Of a stretch of DNA of 58,716 bases, positions 1 to 8,368 are shown in pieces. Under the pieces are notes generated by a model. It did no database searches and was not told the DNA's origin. It saw nothing but the letters and a program-made list of their open reading frames with translations. Every line of letters begins with the position of its first letter. Position 1 is the first letter of the stretch. A program made the position numbers and the translations under genes. Origin of the DNA: Eubacteriales bacterium (GTDB lineage: Bacteria; Bacillota; Clostridia; Oscillospirales; CAG-382); the NCBI GenBank assembly GCA_045643125.1, contig JAZUKE010000006.1, positions 1 through 58,716 on the forward strand, in the 5' to 3' direction.

Positions 1-2071
1 GTGTTCTTAAATCCGTTATCGTAGCGGGAATTGTAAAATCCGTCATCATTGCGGCGATCGCCGTATTGAATTTCATCTGTTCGATATCGGAGGAGACTTT
101 CTTGACCGCCTTGTGGATCGCGCCCTCCAGTTTCGGCGTCACGCCCGTACCGGAAGCGAGATCCATGAGTCCCCAGATTCTTTCCAGAAAGCGTTTGGAG
201 CCGCGCACGCCGTTTTCCGACCACGGGGCTGCCATGGTGTAGTCGCCCATAAAGAGGACGTAGGTACGCAGTACGTCTGCGCCGTAAACTTCGACGACGT
301 CGAGCGGGTCGATAACGTTGCCCTTGGATTTTGACATCTTTTCGCCGTCGCTGCCGAGGATAAGTCCCTGAGCGGAGCGTTTTGCGTAAGGCTCGGATGT
401 GGTGGTGACGCCGATATCATAAAGGAAATGATGCCAGAATCTCGAATAGATAAGGTGACGGGTGACGTGTTCCATACCGCCGTTGTACCAGTCGACGGGC
501 ATCCAATAGTTCATTTTGTCCTTGTCGCAGAGGCAGTCGGGGTTCTTGGGATCGATGTATCTGAGGAAATACCACGAAGAGCCTGCCCACTGAGGCATAG
601 TGTCGGTCTCGCGCTTGGCGTCGCCGCCGCACTTCGGGCATTTGCAGTTCACGAACGAATCTATCTTTGCAAGCGGGCTTTCGCCGTCGGTGCCCGGCTC
701 GAAGTTTTCGAGATCGGGGAGGCGAAGCGGAAGTTCGTCATAGGGGACTGGTACCATTCCGCATTTCGGACAATGGACGATGGGGATAGGCTCGCCCCAG
801 TAACGCTGACGGTTGAACGCCCATTCCTTCATCTTATACTGAACGCCCTTTTCGCCGATGCCTTTTTCGGTAAGGACGCTTATCATCTTTTCGATGGAGT
901 CCTTTTTGTTGTCAAATCCGTTGAGGAATCCGGAGTTGATCATTTCGCCGTCGCCGGTGTAGGCTTCTTTGGAAATGTCGCCGCCCTTGATGACTTCGAT
1001 TATCTCAATGCCGAATTTCTTGGCAAAATCGTAGTCGCGTTCGTCGTGTGCGGGAACAGCCATGATCGCGCCGGTGCCGTAACCCATCATAACGTAGTCG
1101 GAAATGTAAATGGGGATCTGTTTGCCGGTTATCGGGTTGACGGCGCAGATACCGTCGAGCCTGACGCCGGTCTTGTCCTTGACGAGCTGGGTACGCTCGA
1201 ATTCGGTCTTCTTGGCGCAGACGGCACGGTAATCCTCGACCTCGTTCATATTCTTGAGCGAGGAAGCGTATTTGTCGATAAGCGGATGCTCGGGAGCCAT
1301 TACCATAAAGGTAACGCCGAACAGCGTGTCGGGACGTGTCGTATAGATGCGGAGCTTTTCGCCGACGTTGAGGTCGAAATTGACGAAAGCGCCGGTGGAA
1401 CGTCCTATCCAGTGCTGCTGCTGCTGTTTTATGTTGAGCGGGTAATCGACGTTGTCGAGACCGTCAAGCAGCTTGTCCGCGTATTCGGTTATGCGGAGAT
1501 ACCAGACGTCCTTCGATTTCTGCACGACGTCGCTGTGACAGATATCGCATTTGCCGCCCTGGGAGTCTTCGTTGGAAAGCACGACCTTGCAGTGCGGGCA
1601 GTAGTTTACGAGAGTCTTGTCACGGAAAACGAGTCCGTTTTCGTACATTTTAAGGAATATCCACTGCGTCCACTTGTAGTATTCTGGATCGGTGGTGTCT
1701 ATAACTCTGTCCCAATCGAACGAGAAGCCGACTTTTTTGAGCTGCTCGGTGAAACGCTTGATGTTTCTTTCGGTAAGGACTTTGGGATGTACCTTGAATT
1801 TTACCGCAGAGTTTTCGGTAGGAAGACCGAAAGCGTCAAATCCTATCGGGAACAGCACGTTGTAGCCGTCCATTCTCTTTTTGCGGCATATCGCTTCGAG
1901 TCCGGAATAAGCCTTGATATGACCGACGTGCATACCGGCGCCCGAAGGGTAGGGGAATTCCACAAGTCCGTAAAACTTGGGCTTGGTATAATCATCGACG
2001 GCGCTGAACGCTTTTTCGTCGTCCCATCTTTTTTGCCATTTTTCTTCAAATGCTTTGAATTCGTTTTTCAT
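1..2071 (-). CDS. leuS: Leucyl-tRNA synthetase, C-terminus cut by window edge
   Basis: Absent from the ORF track because it runs off the edge. The minus frame is open from ATG 2071..2069 to position 1. Hand translation starts MKNEFKAFEEKWQKRWDDEKAF...EFPYPSGAGMHVGHIKAY, a class I HIGH-type motif with a LeuS-like N-terminus. The long plus-strand ORF 428..2101 is its antisense shadow. Confidence 0.9.
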   Translation of the reverse strand, partial: MKNEFKAFEEKWQKRWDDEKAFSAVDDYTKPKFYGLVEFPYPSGAGMHVGHIKAYSGLEAICRKKRMDGYNVLFPIGFDAFGLPTENSAVKFKVHPKVLTERNIKRFTEQLKKVGFSFDWDRVIDTTDPEYYKWTQWIFLKMYENGLVFRDKTLVNYCPHCKVVLSNEDSQGGKCDICHSDVVQKSKDVWYLRITEYADKLLDGLDNVDYPLNIKQQQQHWIGRSTGAFVNFDLNVGEKLRIYTTRPDTLFGVTFMVMAPEHPLIDKYASSLKNMNEVEDYRAVCAKKTEFERTQLVKDKTGVRLDGICAVNPITGKQIPIYISDYVMMGYGTGAIMAVPAHDERDYDFAKKFGIEIIEVIKGGDISKEAYTGDGEMINSGFLNGFDNKKDSIEKMISVLTEKGIGEKGVQYKMKEWAFNRQRYWGEPIPIVHCPKCGMVPVPYDELPLRLPDLENFEPGTDGESPLAKIDSFVNCKCPKCGGDAKRETDTMPQWAGSSWYFLRYIDPKNPDCLCDKDKMNYWMPVDWYNGGMEHVTRHLIYSRFWHHFLYDIGVTTTSEPYAKRSAQGLILGSDGEKMSKSKGNVIDPLDVVEVYGADVLRTYVLFMGDYTMAAPWSENGVRGSKRFLERIWGLMDLASGTGVTPKLEGAIHKAVKKVSSDIEQMKFNTAIAAMMTDFTIPATITDLRT

Positions 2072-2083
2072 TTGTTTTTCCTT

Positions 2084-2455
2084 TCAGTCCTTGGGAATTG
2101 ACGCATTGACTCCGGCGTCTGCCCAGAGCTTGTCAAGCTTATAGAATTCTCTTGCTTCGCGTGTGAAAACGTGAACGATGACGCAGCCGTAGTCAATGAG
2201 TATCCACGACTTGTCGCCGATGCCTTCGACGCTTCTCGGTGCAAGACCGAGGGCTTCGTTCACCTTGAATTCGACTTCATCGGCAAGCGCTTTGATATGC
2301 GTTGACGACGTACCGGTCGCAAGAACGAAAAAATCGGCAAGGGCAGTCTGTTTTTCAACGGAAATGGCTGAGACATCGAGCGCTTTTTTGGAATCGAGTG
2401 CGCCGCTTATTATATCGGCAAGAGTTTTTGCGTATTCGTGTGTGTTTGTATCCAT
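2084..2455 (-). CDS. rsfS: Ribosome silencing factor RsfS (iojap family)
   Basis: 123 aa with ...DFFVLATGTSSTHIKALADEV...WILIDYGCVIVHVF, typical of RsfS. It lies 12 nt upstream of leuS and follows yqeK, as in Bacillus yqeK-yqeL. Confidence 0.9.
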   Translation of the reverse strand: MDTNTHEYAKTLADIISGALDSKKALDVSAISVEKQTALADFFVLATGTSSTHIKALADEVEFKVNEALGLAPRSVEGIGDKSWILIDYGCVIVHVFTREAREFYKLDKLWADAGVNASIPKD

Positions 2456-3052
2456 TTATTGTATCCCTTCTTTTATAAGGTAGTTCCTTGCTTCAAACGT
2501 GTCGCGGTGGATCATACGTTTTTCTTCGAGCAGGTCGGTTATGGTAAGATCGAGCGAATAGAGGATAGCCGAGTCGATCGGTGTCGGATAATTCTTTTCG
2601 ACGAGCATATTATAGGTGTTCCGCATGTCAACGCACGAAATGAAGGTGCGGTTTTCTTCGATATAATCGGCAAGGTAGATGATTTTTTCAAGGTCCGTCA
2701 TATCGGCTCTGCCGGTGGTGTGGTAGAGTATGGCGGTGCATACGTCGTCGTCGAGAAGGTATTCGTACTTCGCAAGCGCGTAAGCGGACTTGGCGTGAAA
2801 GAGCTTTGGCGAGAGCTTTTCACATTCGTCAAGAGAAACGCCGTATTTTTCGAATATTTCTGCGTGACGGCTGTTATCGTATTCCTTGGTGAAATCGTGC
2901 ATATAGGCGGCTTCAAGCACTTTTTCGTCGCTTATCGCGTCAAAGTGACGCTTTTTGAGCATTATCGCACATTCAGCCACGCCTTCTATATGTTTTATGC
3001 GTCTTAAATTCTGCGCATACAGATCGGTTTTTATTCTTTCAAGTGTCGTCAT
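2456..3052 (-). CDS. yqeK: HD-domain protein YqeK (bis(5'-nucleosyl)-tetraphosphatase family)
   Basis: 198 aa with an HD-domain signature (RIKHIEGV...YMHDFTK). Position between yhbY and rsfS matches the conserved yqe cluster. Confidence 0.8.
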   Translation of the reverse strand: MTTLERIKTDLYAQNLRRIKHIEGVAECAIMLKKRHFDAISDEKVLEAAYMHDFTKEYDNSRHAEIFEKYGVSLDECEKLSPKLFHAKSAYALAKYEYLLDDDVCTAILYHTTGRADMTDLEKIIYLADYIEENRTFISCVDMRNTYNMLVEKNYPTPIDSAILYSLDLTITDLLEEKRMIHRDTFEARNYLIKEGIQ

Positions 3053-3056
3053 AATT

Positions 3057-3350
3057 CTATCTCGGCAAAACGATTACCGGCTTTTCGGGGGCAGGACGGT
3101 ATAAAGTGACTTTTCTTCCTATGACCTGGACCGCTTCGCACGAAAGGGTGTCAGTCAGCTCCGCCATCACGCTTTTTGCGTCCATAGGGCTTGTTTCGAG
3201 TACCGTTATCTTTATAAGTTCTCTTGCCGTCAGTGCCGAATCCAGCGTTTGGATGAGGGTTTCTGTTATTCCGTTTTTGCCTATCTGGTACAAAGCCTCC
3301 ACGTTGTTTGCCAGCCCTCTCAGATACGCTCTTTGTTTTGTTGTTATCAT
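3057..3350 (-). CDS. yhbY: YhbY/YqeI CRM-domain RNA-binding protein
   Basis: 97 aa, MITTKQRAYLRGLANNVEALYQIGKNGIT..., the characteristic YhbY N-terminus. Confidence 0.85.
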   Translation of the reverse strand: MITTKQRAYLRGLANNVEALYQIGKNGITETLIQTLDSALTARELIKITVLETSPMDAKSVMAELTDTLSCEAVQVIGRKVTLYRPAPEKPVIVLPR

Positions 3351-4059
3351 TTTTCTTTGTCAGCTCCTTGATTTCTTCGGGTGTAAGATAACGCCAGTTT
3401 CCGCTTTCAAGCTCACCGAGCTGAAGAGGACCGACGGCAAAGCGCTTGAGCTGCATTACCGAAAGCCCGACTTCTTCGCAGATACGGCGAATTTCACGGT
3501 TTTTTCCTTCCGACAGCGTAAAGATGAACTTTGTGGCGTTGTCGTTTCTTTCGAGTATTTTTATTTCAACGGGATTTATCGGTTCTCCGTCGAGTTCCCT
3601 TATGTGCTGCATCTTGTCTATGTCGTTATTCTGGGCGTATCCCGACGTTATGACGAGGTAGCGTTTCTTGTGGTCATATCTCGGGTGCATCATCATATTG
3701 GCAAATTCGCCGTCGTTGGTCATTATAAGCAGACCTTCGCTGTTTTTGTCGAGCCTGCCGACGGGGTAAAGGCGCACGGGCAGGTCTATGAGCGAGCAGA
3801 CCGTGTCGCGTCCGAATTCGTCCGACGTGGTAGTGACGTAGCCCTGCGGCTTGTTGAGCATTATATAATATTTTTTCGTATTCTGTTTAAGCACCTTGTC
3901 GCGGTATTTTACCACGTCCTCTCCCGGTATCACCCGGTCTCCGAGGACGGCGGTAACTCCGTTGACCGTGAAAAATCCTTCCGATATGGCGTTTTCCGCC
4001 TGACGGCGCGACATAAGTCCGCAGTCGGACACGAATTTCTGGAGCTTTACGCTTTCCAT
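3151..4059 (-). CDS. rluB: 23S rRNA pseudouridine synthase, RluB/RsuA family (S4 domain plus PSU synthase core plus basic tail)
   Basis: S4 domain (KLQKFVSDCGLMSRRQAENAI) and core motifs (YPVGRLDKNSEGLLIMTNDG, GKNREIRR). Start trimmed to MESVKLQ at 4059 so that it abuts the dacB stop. The basic 66-aa tail overlaps yhbY in another frame. Confidence 0.85.
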   Translation of the reverse strand: MESVKLQKFVSDCGLMSRRQAENAISEGFFTVNGVTAVLGDRVIPGEDVVKYRDKVLKQNTKKYYIMLNKPQGYVTTTSDEFGRDTVCSLIDLPVRLYPVGRLDKNSEGLLIMTNDGEFANMMMHPRYDHKKRYLVITSGYAQNNDIDKMQHIRELDGEPINPVEIKILERNDNATKFIFTLSEGKNREIRRICEEVGLSVMQLKRFAVGPLQLGELESGNWRYLTPEEIKELTKKNDNNKTKSVSERAGKQRGGFVPDRQKRNNRNPHPNAGFGTDGKRTYKDNGTRNKPYGRKKRDGGAD

Positions 4060-4063
4060 TTTG

Positions 4064-5203
4064 TTATTTGAACAACCTTTCAAAAGTATTGTATTTCTTT
4101 GTTTCCGCGTTTTCATCCGCGTAAAGCGGGACGACGGAGACCGTTTCGTTTTCGCATATTATTTCCGCATAAGAAACGATATCGCCTTTGCTTATCGGTG
4201 AATAGAGCATAACGTTCTGCGGAACGATCATTTCGTATCTTGCGTTCTTCGGCAGAGTGACGCGGAAATCGTCGCCCGATACGGCGTTTATGACCGTTTT
4301 TTCGCTGCCGAACACGCCGCAGGCACAGCAGGCACGCGGTATGACGACGCTTTCGTAATTGGCAAAGCCGTAATTGAGGAGGGTGACGTGATCGTTCCAT
4401 TCGTTGCCGTCGTTGAGCGTCACCGCGACGAGTGTCACGCCGTTCCGTCTTGCGGCGGTCACAAGACATTTGCCCGCTTCGGGAGTGTAGCCGGTCTTTA
4501 CGCCGATCATACCTTCGTAAGTGAAGAGCAGCTTGTTTCTGTTTACGAGATATCGTTTGCCGTCCGATATCACCGCGCTTTTTTCACCGACTACCGACGC
4601 GAAAAGTTCGTTTTTCAGCGCCGACGACGCAAGAAACGCAAGGTCGCGTGCGGACGTATAGTGGTTTTCGGCGGGAAGTCCGCTCGGATTCGCAAAGGAC
4701 GTGTTTTCAAGACCAAGCGACTTCGCTTTGAGATTCATAAGAAGCACGAACTCATCCACGCTTCCCGATACCGCGTAAGCAAGCGTATTTGCGGCATCGT
4801 TGCCGGAACGCAGCATAAGCCCGAGCAGCAGTTCTTTTACCTTTATCTTTTCGCCTTCGGCAAGGTATATCGACGAGCCTTCGATATCCGCCGTCTCTTT
4901 CGGAACAGTCACCGTCGTTTCGGGATCAAGACATTCCGACGCGAGAAGGCAGGTCATTATCTTTGTGGTCGAAGCCATCGGGAGACGTACATTCTCGTTC
5001 TTTGCGTAAAGTATCCTTCCGCTGTCCGCGTCCATAAGGACGGCAGCCGACGCGGAAACGTACACGGCGTTTCTGTCGATGAAGATATTTTCGTTACTGT
5101 TAAAGACGATTTGTGCGTTTTCCTGCGTTTCGGGCGCAAAAAGAGGCAGAGACAGCAGGAGGTACGACACAAAAAGCGCAAAGACGGAAGCACGGAATTT
5201 CAT
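4064..5203 (-). CDS. dacB: Serine-type D-Ala-D-Ala carboxypeptidase (PBP5/DacB-like)
   Basis: Signal peptide, SxxK (ASTTKIMT), SxN (RSGND) and KTG (VKTGYT) motifs. Synteny with scpAB as in B. subtilis. Confidence 0.8.
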   Translation of the reverse strand: MKFRASVFALFVSYLLLSLPLFAPETQENAQIVFNSNENIFIDRNAVYVSASAAVLMDADSGRILYAKNENVRLPMASTTKIMTCLLASECLDPETTVTVPKETADIEGSSIYLAEGEKIKVKELLLGLMLRSGNDAANTLAYAVSGSVDEFVLLMNLKAKSLGLENTSFANPSGLPAENHYTSARDLAFLASSALKNELFASVVGEKSAVISDGKRYLVNRNKLLFTYEGMIGVKTGYTPEAGKCLVTAARRNGVTLVAVTLNDGNEWNDHVTLLNYGFANYESVVIPRACCACGVFGSEKTVINAVSGDDFRVTLPKNARYEMIVPQNVMLYSPISKGDIVSYAEIICENETVSVVPLYADENAETKKYNTFERLFK

Positions 5204-5255
5204 ATTTTCACCCCGTACAAGTTTATTTGAAACGGGCGTGAAATATTACCTCTGT

Positions 5256-5705
5256 CTATTCGGTCTTCTGTTCTTCGGATTTGTTTTTCGAGAAAACGTC
5301 TTTTATCTTGTTTACGAGCGACGGTGCTTTTTCGATTATTCCGTTCACGGAATCGAGCGCCTTGTTCACGGGATCATCGGGGAGACGTTCAAAAGATACG
5401 TCGTGTTTAAGGTCGAGCATCCTTACTTCGCCTTTGTTGATGACGAGGAAGCCGAGAGGCACGACTGACACGCCGGCACCGTTGCCGCCCGCGAAATGCG
5501 GAGGTCTTTCGTTGTCGGAGACGGGATTTTTTCCGTCATAGTCGGCGCCGCCCGAAGCGTAACCGACGGACACTTTGGAAAACGGGATGATGGTTATGCC
5601 GTCGGGAGTGGTTATAGGATCGCCGACCACGGTGTTCACATCGGCAACATTGCCTATTTTGGCGAGAGATGCGTCAATGACCTGTTTAAGAGGGATGTCG
5701 TACAT
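5256..5705 (-). CDS. ytfJ: Sporulation protein YtfJ (GerW family)
   Basis: 149 aa with ...GDPITTPDGITIIPFSKVSVGYASGG...GAGVSVVPLGFLV, the typical YtfJ pattern. Confidence 0.85.
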   Translation of the reverse strand: MYDIPLKQVIDASLAKIGNVADVNTVVGDPITTPDGITIIPFSKVSVGYASGGADYDGKNPVSDNERPPHFAGGNGAGVSVVPLGFLVINKGEVRMLDLKHDVSFERLPDDPVNKALDSVNGIIEKAPSLVNKIKDVFSKNKSEEQKTE

Positions 5706-5708
5706 AAA

Positions 5709-6350
5709 TCATTCGTCCTTTCCGTTAATGTGCTTGCGGTGCGGTGTTTTGCCGTCCGCCTTTGTTTTCAGTAATTTGTATTTTTTATATCCGGTGATCA
5801 GCGGCAGCAGTATCGAAAGCCCCTGCCACACTCTGACGGAAAGCGCGATATCGACGAGGATATCGGTCTTTTCGCTTATGAAATCGGGCTTTACCTCGGT
5901 GTATATGCGCCCTTTTTTCGTCGATATGTTAAGTGTGTCGATATACGTCTGCAAGGACGCCGCCGACGCGGAGACGGCTCCGTAAAGGATCGCGGTCTTT
6001 GCGGGATCGTCCGATGCCACGTTTATTCTGAGAATATATTTTTCGATTTTAAGATGCTTTTTCAACTTTTTTGCAAGGGAAGAAACGGTTTCGCGTATTA
6101 TCGGGAACAGTTCTTTGAACGGCACGCCGCTTTCTTTTTCGGTCTTTGGCTTTTTTGCCGTTTCCGCTTCCGTTTTGTCTTCGGTTTCTTCACGCTGTAA
6201 AGCCGGCTCAAACTCTTTTTTTATCGTGTAAAAGCCTATTTTCACTTCCAGAAGCAGCCCGCTGCACCACGAAAAGCGAAAAGTCAGTTTCAGAAGCAGC
6301 AGGAGAGAGAGCAGGACAAGCAGACCGCCGACGATATACAGAGCGATCAT
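5709..6350 (-). CDS. DUF2953-like membrane protein (YtfI-like, sporulation-associated)
   Basis: 213 aa with an N-terminal TM helix. Its position directly upstream of ytfJ is the usual partner arrangement in spore formers. Confidence 0.55.
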   Translation of the reverse strand: MIALYIVGGLLVLLSLLLLLKLTFRFSWCSGLLLEVKIGFYTIKKEFEPALQREETEDKTEAETAKKPKTEKESGVPFKELFPIIRETVSSLAKKLKKHLKIEKYILRINVASDDPAKTAILYGAVSASAASLQTYIDTLNISTKKGRIYTEVKPDFISEKTDILVDIALSVRVWQGLSILLPLITGYKKYKLLKTKADGKTPHRKHINGKDE

Positions 6351-6913
6351 TCGCTTGTGGCCCCGGTGCTTTGTTCTTCGAGCGAGACCTGCGACGGCTG
6401 TGTTTCTATGTCTATCTTCGGGAGCTGATTGAGCGATTCAAGCCCGAAACAGCGCAGAAATGCGTCGGTAGTCGAGAAAAGCGAAGGTCTGCCGGGCGCG
6501 TCAAGATGCCCCGATTCACGGATAAGTCCTTTGTCGCAAAGCGAATTAACTATCCCGTCGGAATCGACGCCGCGTACCGCTTCGATAAACGATTTGGTCA
6601 CGGGCTGATTGTACGATACTATCGCAAGCACTTCGAGCGACGCACGGGTAAGCGGCGGAGTTTTGCGCAGTTCGAGCGCTTTTTTGACGTATTCGGCATA
6701 GCACAGCTTGGTGCAGAGCTGATACGCGCCGTCAACGCAGATAAGTGAGATACCGCGCTGCGTTTCGTCAAGCTCGCTTGCCACTCTTTCCGCCGAATCG
6801 GCGATATCGCTCATCGGAAGATTGAATATTTCGGACAGTTTTTCGAGAGTGACGGGGGAGCCGGACGCAAAAAGCACGGCTTCAAGAGCGGCGTCAATGG
6901 GAAAAGATGCCAT
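6347..6913 (-). CDS. scpB: Segregation and condensation protein B
   Basis: 188 aa with ...LEAVLFASGSPVTLEKL...LEVLAIVSYNQPVTKSFIEAVRGVDSDG... Overlaps the neighbouring genes by 1-4 nt. Confidence 0.9.
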   Translation of the reverse strand: MASFPIDAALEAVLFASGSPVTLEKLSEIFNLPMSDIADSAERVASELDETQRGISLICVDGAYQLCTKLCYAEYVKKALELRKTPPLTRASLEVLAIVSYNQPVTKSFIEAVRGVDSDGIVNSLCDKGLIRESGHLDAPGRPSLFSTTDAFLRCFGLESLNQLPKIDIETQPSQVSLEEQSTGATSE

Positions 6914-7635
6914 TATTCATCCTCCTTGTGTTTGATAAGTGTAAGCATGACCTCGCCGTCCTCGTTTCTTGCAACGTCTATTCTGCCGTTTCTGACAAGG
7001 GCGAGCAGGGCAAGGAACGTCGCCACCGTTTCGCCTACGGTACGGCAGGACGCAAAAAGGGAATCAAAGCTGTGTCTTTTTTCGTCAAACAGAAAACGCA
7101 GCGTAAACACGACCTTTTCTTCGACCGTGTAGAATTTTTCGTTTTTCAGCTTTTCAAACAGTTCAACACGGGCTTCCGCCATATTCGGAGCGCGTCTGCT
7201 TATTTCTTCAAACGCTTTTACGAGCAGCTCGACCGAGTGCAGACGCTCGTATACGGGCGGCTCGTCAAGCTCGTCCGGCTCCTTGACGAATCTGTTATAA
7301 AACTGTTCGCTCTGCGTTTTGAGGAATTCGGCGGCTTCTTTTGCACGCGCGTATTCAAGCAGGGAATCGACGAGCGGTTTTCTCGGGTCTTCTTCCGTCG
7401 GAGCGACGGGGAGCAGCATCCTGGATTTTATATACGTCAGTTCGCTTGCCATATATATGAAATCCGAGGAAAGCTCCATATTGTATTCTTCCATCGAACG
7501 GATGTAATCGAGATACTGATCCGTGAGAGAAGCTATCGGGATATCGAAAATGTCTATTTTGTGTTTTTGTATCAGGGACAGCAGCAGGTCAAGCGGGCCT
7601 TCGTACTGTTCGAGCTTCAGATTGAGAGATGCCAT
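6913..7635 (-). CDS. scpA: Segregation and condensation protein A
   Basis: 240 aa with LKLEQYEGPLDLLLSLIQKHKIDIFDIPI, the ScpA signature. Confidence 0.9.
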   Translation of the reverse strand: MASLNLKLEQYEGPLDLLLSLIQKHKIDIFDIPIASLTDQYLDYIRSMEEYNMELSSDFIYMASELTYIKSRMLLPVAPTEEDPRKPLVDSLLEYARAKEAAEFLKTQSEQFYNRFVKEPDELDEPPVYERLHSVELLVKAFEEISRRAPNMAEARVELFEKLKNEKFYTVEEKVVFTLRFLFDEKRHSFDSLFASCRTVGETVATFLALLALVRNGRIDVARNEDGEVMLTLIKHKEDE

Positions 7636-7639
7636 ATTC

Positions 7640-8368
7640 TCATACCGCCTTTATGAACGGAAGCAGACCGATAAGCCATTCAAATGCGCTTATTATGCTT
7701 CCTCTTAACCATTCGAGCGGGGCAAAGAGAAAATCAAAGGATGAGATCCTTGAAACGATGAACAGAATGAGAATGAATACGCTTGCGTAGCGTTCAAGCA
7801 TCATATACTTATAGCCTATCCTCGGCGGAAGAACGGAGGAAAGCACCTTCGAGCCGTCGAGCGGAGGTATGGGGATGAGGTTGAACACTCCGAGGCCCAC
7901 GTTCAGCACCGTGAAATACCAGAAGAATATCTCGGCGTTTTCAAGCAGCTTCAGACCGACGGGCGCGGTCGCATAGATGTAGTAATAATTTCCGCCGACG
8001 TTCTTGCAGTAGACCGAAAGAACGATCGTCCGCATCAGCATATAGAAGAACGTGCCGATGAATGCGAGCAGAAAATTCATCCCGGGACCGGCAAGCGACA
8101 CGAGCGCAATGTCGCGTCGGGGCTTGCGCATATTCCTGATGTTTATGGGAACGGGTTTTGCCCAGCCGAATCCGGCAAAAAGCATACAGAGAAAGCCGAA
8201 GAGGTCGATGTGCTTCAGCGGATCGAGTGTAAGCCTGCCGAAATTGCGTGCGGTATTGTCTCCGCATTTGTACGCGGCGTAGGCGTGACCGAATTCGTGG
8301 CACGTCAGCGCTATCACGACCGCAAGCAGATAATACAGTATTTCGGGGAAACCCAGTTCAAAAATCAT
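7640..8368 (-). CDS. Site-2 protease family (peptidase M50) membrane metalloprotease
   Basis: HEFGHAYAAY (HExxH) in the first TM region, a multi-pass membrane protein, and a later NLIPIPPLDGSK motif. Confidence 0.8.
   Translation of the reverse strand: MIFELGFPEILYYLLAVVIALTCHEFGHAYAAYKCGDNTARNFGRLTLDPLKHIDLFGFLCMLFAGFGWAKPVPINIRNMRKPRRDIALVSLAGPGMNFLLAFIGTFFYMLMRTIVLSVYCKNVGGNYYYIYATAPVGLKLLENAEIFFWYFTVLNVGLGVFNLIPIPPLDGSKVLSSVLPPRIGYKYMMLERYASVFILILFIVSRISSFDFLFAPLEWLRGSIISAFEWLIGLLPFIKAV

Noticed and set aside
428-2101. 557-aa plus-strand ORF
   Set aside because: It is the antisense shadow of leuS. The composition is skewed to V/F/G/R/A with no recognisable motif, while the opposite strand gives a clean LeuS translation from 2071 downward.
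3053-3056. Absence of nadD between yhbY and yqeK, and of coaBC between rpoZ and priA, relative to Bacillus
   Set aside because: It is a real synteny difference, but the genes may simply lie elsewhere in the genome, which cannot be judged from this window.
5204-5255. Imperfect hairpin between ytfJ and dacB
   Set aside because: There is no T-run on the transcribed strand, and it overlaps the dacB RBS. It is too weak to call a terminator or regulator.
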